From: Candidatus Yanofskybacteria bacterium RIFCSPLOWO2_01_FULL_42_49 | GTDB lineage: Bacteria; Patescibacteriota; Minisyncoccia; 2-02-FULL-40-12; GWA2-44-9 | Reading direction: 5' to 3' | DNA length: 50,590 nt | Assembly: GCA_001795615.1 (NCBI GenBank) | Contig: MGKI01000012.1 | Location: 1-50,590, forward strand | Made by a program: the position numbers and the translations under genes | The notes under the pieces: generated by a model | Databases searched by the model: none | Seen by the model: only the letters and a program-made list of their open reading frames with translations | Told to the model about the DNA's origin: nothing | Shown here: positions 1-8,191 of the stretch, one piece after another | Layout: every line of letters begins with the position of its first letter | Numbering within the stretch: position 1 is the stretch's first letter

Positions 1-7
1 TATTTCA

Positions 8-50
8 TTTCTCTCACTTTTTGAAAGATGTGAGAATTTTTTTTAATTTT
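8..50 (+). terminator. Probable intrinsic terminator of a gene upstream of the window
   Basis: Imperfect hairpin tctcactttt/aaagatgtgaga followed by a long T run. Confidence 0.5.
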
Positions 51-91
51 TTCATTTCTAAATTCTACAAGTGATCGGATTCAAATGCGAA

Positions 92-621
92 TTTAGGTTT
101 TGCCCAACTCCTTTACTGTGAGGTTCACATGGCGAAGGCAGATCTAAAGCAGGTGGCGTAACCGATGAGTCGGTGGCGCCACTCCTGTTTCGTCAGAGGA
201 GGGTACAGTCCTGTATCCTCCAGAGGCCCGCCTTTGCGAGCTGAAGCCCGCTTCGGCGAGGCAAAAGCCCGCGCATCGTTAAGCGCAGGGCTTACTGGCG
301 ACCACCGCCGCGGGATAAACGAAAACTCCCGCGGTTCCAACCAACCTGTACATGCGCTGAAAAAGAAAGGAGTAGCAAGGGCTTGAAAAATGAAGCGGAG
401 GAACTCCGCTAACACAAATTCCCCAGTTTTTGCTAGTTTTGTCTGATACAAAACTAGCATCTCTTTCCGCGACCCCGCACTTAACAAGGATAAGTTTTGC
501 AGCCGCAAAGAAGTAAAACTTTGAAGTTAGTTCGCAACTCATATTGCGAGATGACTTCTTGGTTGTCCTTCAAAACGACTGCTTTGCAAATTCTTGTTAA
601 GTGACGGGGTTGCAGGAAGGG
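92..621 (+). ncRNA. Candidate structured non-coding RNA, unclassified (multi-hairpin domains)
   Basis: No credible ORF. Nested stems 107-114/366-373, 198-208/211-221, 308-315/327-334, 431-442/448-459, 463-490/592-620. Non-Watson-Crick pairs are G-U when read on the + strand. Confidence 0.5.
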
Positions 622-622
622 A

Positions 623-651
623 TTGACAAATTATAGGCGTAAGCGTATAAT
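623..651 (+). promoter_or_regulatory. Consensus sigma70 promoter
   Basis: TTGACA (623-628), 17-bp spacer, TATAAT (646-651). Confidence 0.85.
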
Positions 652-656
652 ACAAT

Positions 657-1407
657 TCTTAAGTACCTTTTAATCAGTTCGGGCTCTTCACCCTCACACT
701 TAGTTAGCGATTGCCTAACGGCATCGCAGATATTCGCTAACTAAGTGTGAGGGCAAGACGGGCTCGAAATAAGCCAACTAATGCGTGGTATCTAGGCATT
801 CAAGTAAGATATTTACGGCCGTAAAGATAGTAGGAATTTCTCTCTCATTCTAGAAATAGTAGAAATGTCCGTTAAGCGTTGTTGGTTTATTTCGGGCCCC
901 CACCTCAAGTTATTATGAGGGGTCCAAAAAGATGGTTGGAGTCGTGGCAGTTAATACGGCGGGGTTTGGGTGTCGGAACTACTTATAAAACCCCCGCCTG
1001 TTTTTTGCGACTCCAGCCAAAAAGAAGGTCACGCCAGCCACAATTAGAAGGTGGTCAATAGGTCCGGAGGTCCGACGCGCGGAGTGCGTGTTGGGGCGAT
1101 CTCATTAAAACTGGGGACCGAATGGCGTGACCGACATATGGCCGAAACCGCGCGAGACGAAGGGAAACCCCTGGAACCTAAAAATTCCAGATCGTCTGGC
1201 GGTTTCGGCAACGAAATGACTGTGGCGTAGATCCGCCGCCGGCGAGCCGGGGCCCTGTGCTAAAGCATGGGGTGGAGAAGGGGTGAAAGAGACCCGAGAA
1301 TCTGTGCCACAGTCCTCTCACTCGCTCTATGCGAGATGAGTCCGTCGGCATTGGTAACCCGACGGGGAGACAAACTACCAGCTCAGCGCAACCCGCTGGG
1401 CTTTTTT
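657..1407 (+). ncRNA. Candidate large (~750 nt) structured ncRNA, unclassified
   Basis: Lies between a perfect promoter and a terminator. Consecutive closing stems 691-710/734-753, 760-778/881-899, 933-945/1007-1019, 1027-1036/1123-1132, 1141-1151/1199-1209, 1218-1232/1300-1314, plus hairpins 1317-1340 and 1341-1366, with short A-rich linkers. No credible ORF. Confidence 0.7.
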
Positions 1408-1413
1408 GTTTTT
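1380..1413 (+). terminator. Intrinsic terminator
   Basis: agctcagcg-caacc-cgctgggct followed by tttttgttttt. Confidence 0.75.
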
Positions 1414-1478
1414 GCCGTAGTCGTGTGTTCGCTCAAAGCCACCCCCATTTTAATCACGGATTCCTCACAGAACGCTAG

Positions 1479-1689
1479 CAACACCTACCGCAATTTTAAT
1501 CACGGTTCCTCGCCTTCAAAAACTTACTCAAGATAGAGTAGGTTTTATTATCTAAAATCACAGGTGACCCTCTCTTGCCTCCTCACTATCGTTCGGCGTT
1601 CGACCTATGATTTTAGATAAAACCTGCTCCACTCTCATAAGTTTTCTCGGCTCGTCAAGTGATAAAATTGCGGCAGGTATTGCTCGCTT
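1479..1689. repeat. Dispersed ~210-bp hairpin element A, copy 1 (MITE/REP-like or ncRNA)
   Basis: About 90% identical by eye to 6982-7191; ends are inverted repeats and the whole element folds as one long hairpin. Confidence 0.85.
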
Positions 1690-1742
1690 TCGAATAACTT
1701 AAGAGAGACGATCTCCTTGGTGTCTGACAGAGTTTTATCAAA

Positions 1743-1923
1743 CCAATAATAAGTGAGGTCTTGTGTCATCCGAGACAATTGAGACCCCGAGGGAGCCGGA
1801 TGATATAATATCTGGCCGATAGGCCAATCATCCGGCGACCGGAGGGGCGAATTTAGCTGAGGTAGGATAACTCTAGGATGAGTTATCCTACCGGAAGCGT
1901 GTCGAGGATGATACAAGGCCGAG
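1743..1923 (+). repeat. Dispersed ~180-bp structured element B, copy 1
   Basis: Reverse-complement copy at 26161-26361; terminal stem cttgtgtcatcc/ggatgatacaag plus internal hairpins. Confidence 0.85.
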
Positions 1924-1985
1924 CATTAGAGGCGTATCTGAAAAGAATCGCCTTGAAGCGAGGGTTAATATAGTAGAGACCAAAA

Positions 1986-3812
1986 CTAAGGAGTGATTTT
2001 CCAAACAAATATAGAATTGCCGATGACAGCTATGGGTTTATGGGCGTCGAGCCAGGCGTAACTGGTTTCTGGTTTTTCCCGCGAACCCATGAAAAATGAA
2101 GCTGATACGGCGATGTAGCCGCCGTTGGGGTTTTTTGCCAAGAAGTCGCGAGCGTCCTTATATGTTCCTGCATTTATCCAAACGAGTTTCTCTTTTAAAT
2201 AATAACCTTGATCAGCCCAGCCGAAGTAATCAAAATGAATTTTATCTACATTTCCGCCAGCTGGCGGATTCTTAACCCACATCGCGAGCCGTTTTAAATC
2301 CTGCCCCCAATCCAAATTAGAGTCGACGACATATTGATGTCCGCCCGACGGTCCGCCGGCGAGTTGGTTGAAGTAGGTCAGATAATAGGGATACACTCGG
2401 ATGTTTTCTACGATATACCAACCCAACAAAGCAAAAATTAAAATCGTCCCGATTTTAATTTTTGCTTTGTAATCTCTAATCTCTACAGAGATTCCCGGCT
2501 TCGCACGGGAACCTTTTCCGAGCAATCTCGAATCTCTAATAATCTTTGAAAGTTGCCCCGCTAACATTATAAATACAAATCCATATGTCGGGAGCAAATG
2601 TCTCACCCCGATATTAAGATTGGCTCTTATGCTCAGATACCAATATATTGCTATCCATAATAACATCGAAAACTCAACAAAGTAAGTTTTTACCCACTCT
2701 TTAATTTTTAGAAATTTAAAATTAGAAATTAGAAATTGCGTTTTGGTTGTTAAATATACGAATACAATTATCGTTAACAACCAAAACGCGAGGGGTTCTT
2801 TAATCGCGTACACAACCGGGAAATAATTTTTCCAGGCATAATTCCTCACCTCACCGAGAAAGAAAGTAGTGTTGCCGCCGATGGCTCTCTGGTTAACCAT
2901 AAGAAGTCCGGTGGCATAGTAAGCGAGCGGTCTTATCACCGGTTTATCCGACGCCCAAATGACAGGATCAGCGATAAGGCGATTGCCGTATGACCCTAAA
3001 TTATATGCGCTGTCTGATTTCTGTTTTGCCAGCGGATAATTCATGGTATGGAGAGCGTAAACCGGCCAGACAACCAGAATAATTCCCATAGCCATTAGTA
3101 CAAGGGAGCGGACAAACAAAACCGCGGACGACTTGAAAGAAAAAGAATTAGCAAAGAGCCAAGCAATAACCATCAAAATAAACAGAGGTGCAAGCAATAC
3201 TACGGAAAATTTGGTCAATTGAGCAATTCCAAAAGCAATCGCTGCGAGCCAAAATGTTTTTCGGGATGGCTTTTGTAAATATTTGATAAAAAAGTAGGTG
3301 CCAAGAAGTACCCCGAATAATGCCGGCATATCGGTGGTGACAAACCTTGAATGGGCCAGTACCGTAGGCGAGAACGAGAAAAGAATGGTTGCGATAAGAG
3401 CCGCGGCTTTTCCATATCTTTCATTCGCAAATCTGTAAATCAACACAGCCGATAAAACAAAAAACAGGAGCATTGCTGATTTAGCCGTTCGAGCAAGTAG
3501 GTCAACATTATTTGAGGGATTGTAAATAAGCGTTCGTCCGAAATTCCACTGGCCATTAATATCGCTAAGCCAGTATTGGGTAGAAAAAGCCGATTGATTG
3601 ACTGGTAGTAATGATAGAACCAATCCTGCAAGATCTTTGGCCAAAGGCGGATGTTCGGGATTTAACCGATAGTCGCCTTTGGTGATATATGAATATCCGG
3701 CTCCGACATGTGGGATTTCATCTACAATAAAAGAATCATCCCACAGGCTGGTGATCGACAAAGCCAACGCCACCAAAACGACAAGCACGGCGATGTTAGA
3801 TATCTTTGCCAT
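1986..3812 (-). CDS. GT-C fold glycosyltransferase (family 39 / ArnT / PMT-like), 608 aa
   Basis: N-terminal TM then DE motif (IVDEIPH), NPEHPPL, multiple TM helices, DSNLDWGQDL motif. Confidence 0.85.
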   Translation of the reverse strand: MAKISNIAVLVVLVALALSITSLWDDSFIVDEIPHVGAGYSYITKGDYRLNPEHPPLAKDLAGLVLSLLPVNQSAFSTQYWLSDINGQWNFGRTLIYNPSNNVDLLARTAKSAMLLFFVLSAVLIYRFANERYGKAAALIATILFSFSPTVLAHSRFVTTDMPALFGVLLGTYFFIKYLQKPSRKTFWLAAIAFGIAQLTKFSVVLLAPLFILMVIAWLFANSFSFKSSAVLFVRSLVLMAMGIILVVWPVYALHTMNYPLAKQKSDSAYNLGSYGNRLIADPVIWASDKPVIRPLAYYATGLLMVNQRAIGGNTTFFLGEVRNYAWKNYFPVVYAIKEPLAFWLLTIIVFVYLTTKTQFLISNFKFLKIKEWVKTYFVEFSMLLWIAIYWYLSIRANLNIGVRHLLPTYGFVFIMLAGQLSKIIRDSRLLGKGSRAKPGISVEIRDYKAKIKIGTILIFALLGWYIVENIRVYPYYLTYFNQLAGGPSGGHQYVVDSNLDWGQDLKRLAMWVKNPPAGGNVDKIHFDYFGWADQGYYLKEKLVWINAGTYKDARDFLAKNPNGGYIAVSASFFMGSREKPETSYAWLDAHKPIAVIGNSIFVWKITP

Positions 3813-3814
3813 GA

Positions 3815-4921
3815 CTAAAAAACTTCAAGTAATGCTATTGATACCATAAGCGCAATTAACGCCAAGAACGGTCCGGCATTAAGTCCCATCCAGTGTTTGT
3901 GCTGGTGAGGATAAACCCCCACACTCATACTATGAGTGTGGGGGTAAACCAAATGCTCCCATTTATTTAGTTTCTCCATTACCCACCAGAGGCCTTTAGC
4001 CGATAATAATATTATCGGCGGCAATATTACGCTAAGGCCAAGAACTCCTGCTTGCGCAGATGGGTCTGCTGGTAACAGCACTGGTACAAGCATTACAAAC
4101 AGCCACGAGAAAACAACCGTATGGGCGACGGAAAAATGGCCGTGTTTTCTCTTTAACCAGTGGATGATTTCCTTGATGAAACCTATCGCGAAAAATATGC
4201 TTATCGGCCAGGAAACAAGATTAGAACCGCTAGGCTCTATAAACACGATCTTATCTATCAGCCATCCCAAGTTTCTGTACAATTGCGTGAACGGTTCAGC
4301 GCTTGAGAAAACGGAATTATCCGCGGACAAAATAAAACCGGGATTTTGCCAGACATAAAAACCCACAGGCAGAACGACTGCCATAGCCGTAAGGACCAGC
4401 AACGAAAAACCGCCCAAAATTTGTCCCTTGGTCTCGCTATATTTAGATAAAGAAAAATCTTTTTTGATGTAATCCCAATAGTTCAAAAATAGGAGCAATA
4501 CTGCTAGCGGCGCGACAAGAAAACTCTTGCCGGCGTACAACCCTGCTCCGCCAAACAAACCGGCCATAAAAAAATCAAAAACATGGCCGTATTTTAGCCC
4601 GTGCCATATGAAGTAAAAAGCATATATCAGAGCGAAAGAAGCGAGGGTCTCTTTGGCGCCGGATTTAGACATAAAAATATGCCACGAAGATACGGCAAGC
4701 AGAAAAGAAGATATCATTGCTAAATTCTCGTCAAATAATTCCTTGACCAAAAAATAAAGGCCAATGACGGACAATATTCCCGCTGAAACGGAAAGTATGA
4801 TGGAAGCTTTTTGTTCAAGCGGTAAACCCGGGCCCCAATTTAAGCCGTACAATCTTACAAAAACGGCGACAGCCGTTATCAGCGCCAGGATCCAATAATT
4901 GTTTTTTCCCGATGTGGCCAT
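3815..4921 (-). CDS. ArnT/PMT-like membrane glycosyltransferase-related protein, 368 aa
   Basis: Polytopic; LYFLVKELF...ISSFLLAVSSWHIFMSK pattern of GT39-like proteins; 2 bp from the neighbouring GT gene. Confidence 0.65.
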   Translation of the reverse strand: MATSGKNNYWILALITAVAVFVRLYGLNWGPGLPLEQKASIILSVSAGILSVIGLYFLVKELFDENLAMISSFLLAVSSWHIFMSKSGAKETLASFALIYAFYFIWHGLKYGHVFDFFMAGLFGGAGLYAGKSFLVAPLAVLLLFLNYWDYIKKDFSLSKYSETKGQILGGFSLLVLTAMAVVLPVGFYVWQNPGFILSADNSVFSSAEPFTQLYRNLGWLIDKIVFIEPSGSNLVSWPISIFFAIGFIKEIIHWLKRKHGHFSVAHTVVFSWLFVMLVPVLLPADPSAQAGVLGLSVILPPIILLSAKGLWWVMEKLNKWEHLVYPHTHSMSVGVYPHQHKHWMGLNAGPFLALIALMVSIALLEVF

Positions 4922-5005
4922 TTAAACTATTCTAACAGAAATTAATATTTTGCTTGTCCACACCGGCTATTTACATTAGTTTCGTAATTTTTTATATTTG
5001 TGTCG

Positions 5006-6652
5006 ATGGTAGAGAAATTAACTCAAATTCAACAGGAACAAGTTGGGACTCCCGAAAAAAGCGCGGAGGAGTTGTGTTTGGAAACTCTTAAATTAAAACG
5101 AGATCTTTTATCATCTCATTATGCGTTAAATTCTTTGAGGAGAGCGCTAGACAAGCGTGTGAAACAAATGACAGACGAGGAATTTAAAAGCGATCTGGAA
5201 GTTTCTAACTACAAAAAAGTGGCTGATGAATACAACAGGAGAAGAAGGATTTTTCTGGAATCTTTTGACAGCTTATCCGAAGCCGACAGAGAAAAAATAA
5301 CCGAACTGACCAGCTTAACTAAAATTGAGATTGAGTTATCGTCTAGGAAATCTGCGGTTGTTGAGCCAGAAGTTAAACCAGAAAAAGAAATCTCTGAACA
5401 GCAAGTTGTTGAAAAACCGGAAAGAGAAATTACTCTTGAAGAAGCCGAAAGGATGTTGAAATATTCTAAAGACACTGGCAGGGTTCTAGAGCTTGCTTAT
5501 TGGGAGTCAAAAAGGGCTGAACTTTTAGAACGCCAAGATGCAGAAGCAAATCCAGACAGGACTGCGCCAAAAGGATTTACGCAGAGAGTTAGGGATTCTT
5601 ATGATAGCAGGATGTCTCCGTTAGGACTAAGGAAAGAAGCGATGGAGGCGTTGTCATCTGATCAGCCGGAGACGGGAGATGTCTCCCTGGAAACCAAGGA
5701 CTCGCGGCAATGGACCGTCAAGGGCTGGCTTGCCGAAAGAGGCAAAGGTATTTTAAGCGCTGGAATTTGGGAAGTTCGCCAGGCATGGCGGTTCCAAAAA
5801 GGCACCAAGCTTGCCGCTGATGATCTGGAAGCATTATCAGCCGGAATAAATATTGAGAACGCCGACGAAGCTCAAGAAAAAGCCAACGAGATTTTAAGGA
5901 TAATGAGGGAAAACAATATTACCACCGTAACGGCTCCGGAATTTGTCGGCATTGCCAAGAATGTTACTTATGAAAAGGCGGCCGAAAACAATGACAGGAT
6001 AGAGTACATTATTAAAAACGCTATTGATACCTTTAAGGAGAGAGTGGCTAAATATCGCGGGCAAGCCACGGCTGAAACCGTTTTGACGCCAGAAAATATT
6101 AAAGAAGTGGAAAATGACTTAAGGATGCAGTTAAATAAGTTCAGAGACGGAGCGACCATGGAAGATGTCAAGAACTTTGCCAAAGTAATGCGCGATAACA
6201 TGGATAAGCGCTGGTGGCTAAGGTATGTTTACGCTCCGCTTGAAGCTTCTTTGCTTGGCTATTTGGGATATACATATCTGCCTTGGTCCAGATGGTTTGG
6301 CGGCGGTGATTTAGTTCCCGGCGGAGAAGATATCGCCTTATCGCCTGAAGAAACCGGGCAGAGATACATGGATCACAATATGTGGGAAGAATCGAGAGAA
6401 CACCTTAAGGAAATAGGAGTTGAAAATCCAACCAATGAAGACATTCAGGCGGTGGATAGCGCCGCTGCTCAGGAAAATAATATTCATGTTGTAAATCCCG
6501 ACACAAATCAAACTTTGTGGCCGGAGACAGCAGGAGGTCAGACCAAAGATATAAGTATGGTGAAGGGGCTTATTAAATGGGGGGCGGCGCACAAAGCAGC
6601 GCTTGCGATAAAGGCCGCAAGACTGGGAGTTAAAGTCGCGACTGGATTTTAA
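5006..6652 (+). CDS. Hypothetical protein: coiled-coil/charged N-terminus, one TM near the C-terminus, possibly a LysM-like C-terminal domain
   Basis: 550-aa ORF (ATG at 5006); hydrophobic stretch RWWLRYVYAPLEASLLGYLGYTYL. Confidence 0.7.
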   Translation: MVEKLTQIQQEQVGTPEKSAEELCLETLKLKRDLLSSHYALNSLRRALDKRVKQMTDEEFKSDLEVSNYKKVADEYNRRRRIFLESFDSLSEADREKITELTSLTKIEIELSSRKSAVVEPEVKPEKEISEQQVVEKPEREITLEEAERMLKYSKDTGRVLELAYWESKRAELLERQDAEANPDRTAPKGFTQRVRDSYDSRMSPLGLRKEAMEALSSDQPETGDVSLETKDSRQWTVKGWLAERGKGILSAGIWEVRQAWRFQKGTKLAADDLEALSAGINIENADEAQEKANEILRIMRENNITTVTAPEFVGIAKNVTYEKAAENNDRIEYIIKNAIDTFKERVAKYRGQATAETVLTPENIKEVENDLRMQLNKFRDGATMEDVKNFAKVMRDNMDKRWWLRYVYAPLEASLLGYLGYTYLPWSRWFGGGDLVPGGEDIALSPEETGQRYMDHNMWEESREHLKEIGVENPTNEDIQAVDSAAAQENNIHVVNPDTNQTLWPETAGGQTKDISMVKGLIKWGAAHKAALAIKAARLGVKVATGF

Positions 6653-6675
6653 CCGATAACTGAATTTAAAACTTT

Positions 6676-6975
6676 ATGGACGAATTAAACCAAGGACAAC
6701 AACAAGTTGCTGATAGAATCGGAGAACTACTTGCTGAATCACCGCTTGATGAAGATATCAAGCAAGTTTTATTGGACGGAATAGAACGGCTTCCGGAGCA
6801 CTTGTTATTTAAGTTACTGGATGTTTTGGAAAACGAAAGAGAACAGCTTGAAGCGGTTGCTTTTGAAGTACAGTTATTTTTGAAAGAACAAAAAAACAAC
6901 TGGGAAAAAACAGCTCAGGATCAGCAAAAAGCGGCAGATACGATAATTGATGCTTGGGTTGAGAAATTGAAATAG
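6676..6975 (+). CDS. Hypothetical acidic helical protein, 99 aa
   Basis: ATG ORF directly following the previous gene, protein-like composition. Confidence 0.7.
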   Translation: MDELNQGQQQVADRIGELLAESPLDEDIKQVLLDGIERLPEHLLFKLLDVLENEREQLEAVAFEVQLFLKEQKNNWEKTAQDQQKAADTIIDAWVEKLK

Positions 6976-6981
6976 TGCTTA

Positions 6982-7191
6982 CAACACCTGTCGCAATTTT
7001 AATCACGGTTCCTCGCCTTCAAAAACTTACTCAAGATAGGGCCGGTTTTATAATCTAAAATCACAGGTAACCCTCACTTGCCTCCTCGTTTCACTCGGCG
7101 TTCGACCTATGATTTTAGATAAAACCTGTTCCACTTTCATAAGTTTTCTCGGCTCGTCAAGTGATAAAATTGCGACAGGTATTGCTCGCTT
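6982..7191. repeat. Dispersed hairpin element A, copy 2
   Basis: Direct-orientation match to 1479-1689 with a compensatory change in the terminal stem. Confidence 0.85.
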
Positions 7192-7290
7192 GGGCGGTAT
7201 AAAAATATAAAATAAGGAGCTAGGGTGAGATGCTTATATCGGCTTAAAGGGCCGTTTTTGTGCCTATTTTATAGTGAGCTTGTCGAACTA

Positions 7291-7320
7291 TTGACAAACA
7301 TATGCCAGATATGATATAAT
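7291..7320 (+). promoter_or_regulatory. sigma70 promoter
   Basis: TTGACA-18 bp-TATAAT, with TG extended -10. Confidence 0.75.
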
Positions 7321-7388
7321 TAAAGTATACAGTTGAGGACAGATCTTTTCTTACTCCGGTAGCCAATCCGGAGTGTCAGGAGGAAGCA

Positions 7389-7889
7389 ATGAGAAACGTA
7401 TTCTTCGCCGTCGTCACCGTCGTCGCTCTCGCTCTCGGGTTTCTCGGAATCGCCGGGTGCGAGCTGTTCGGCAATCGTGCCAGCACCACGCCGGCATCGG
7501 TGGTCAGCGATGTTTCGTATGGTGTCGCATCTCCGGCGCGTACGGAGCTATGCGTCGACAACGGTGCCACGATGCGGAATTGGATCTTCTCCGATCGATG
7601 GATGAAGAACCAGTTGACGCACGACACCTACACGGTTGACGACGGTCGGACCTACAATGCGTTCCGGATCCTCACCGACGACTCGACCCTTCCGCCACAT
7701 CATGTGCGATTCCGGAAGGTGGTCGTGAACGTCGGCGACGGGCCGACGCTCGAAGGCCACTCCTACTTGAGGACACTCATCAATGGTAATCCCGCGACCA
7801 TTTTGAGAGAGATTCTTGTGGTGGAGTTCAACGGCCGACTCGAGCGTCAGCGCCGGCCCCTGCCGCCCTGCGGAACACCACGCAGCTAG
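7389..7889 (+). CDS. GC-rich hypothetical exported protein / putative lipoprotein, 166 aa
   Basis: AGGAGG RBS, signal peptide with lipobox-like IAGC; codons visibly GC-richer than flanks. Confidence 0.7.
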   Translation: MRNVFFAVVTVVALALGFLGIAGCELFGNRASTTPASVVSDVSYGVASPARTELCVDNGATMRNWIFSDRWMKNQLTHDTYTVDDGRTYNAFRILTDDSTLPPHHVRFRKVVVNVGDGPTLEGHSYLRTLINGNPATILREILVVEFNGRLERQRRPLPPCGTPRS

Positions 7890-7970
7890 CGCCCGCCACC
7901 GTCACGGCAAGTCCGGACGGCCTGCGCGCGCGACAGAGTTCCCCAGGAGTGGGCGATGCCCCACTCCGAG

Positions 7971-8033
7971 AACCGCCCCGAGGGACGGAGAACCAGACAT
8001 CTTGGTTCCCGTCTTCTCGGAGGCGGTTTTTTA
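7971..8033 (+). terminator. Long-stem intrinsic terminator
   Basis: aaccgcc.ccgag...ctcgg.aggcggtt followed by a T run. Confidence 0.65.
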
Positions 8034-8064
8034 ATTTGCTCTCTTCTTTTTACTGATCTTTCTT

Positions 8065-8106
8065 AAACCGCCATATAACTAGCAATTGCTAGTTATATGG
8101 CGGTTT
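8065..8106. repeat. Perfect 42-bp palindrome without spacer
   Basis: aaaccgccatataactagcaa|ttgctagttatatggcggttt. Confidence 0.9.
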
Positions 8107-8191
8107 TGATGTTTTGGTGTGTTTAGTGTTTTATGTTTGGTAAATGGGATTTGTTGATTAAAAATATTTGTTTTAGTGGTATAATTAACCT

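Noticed and set aside
593-605. 13-mer cttgttaagtgac shared with about 42335-42347, both upstream of promoters
   Set aside because: A repeated 13-mer is expected by chance in 50 kb
1335-1373. Hammerhead-like gatgag-stem-gagacaaa, and ccgatgag at about 161
   Set aside because: The core CUGANGA and GAAA are not intact and stems I/III are not evident
657-1407. Identification as RNase P, tmRNA, SRP, rRNA fragment or group I/II intron
   Set aside because: I could not find their signature sequences (GAGGAAAGUCC, tRNA-like ends, SRP loop, domain V, P7) by eye; left unclassified pending cmscan
125-1916. Short ORFs in the first 2 kb (125-508, 165-386, 279-542, 879-1061, 1267-1536, 1635-1916)
   Set aside because: No recognisable motifs or RBS, mostly alternative starts, and they overlap dense stems and dispersed repeats; treated as spurious
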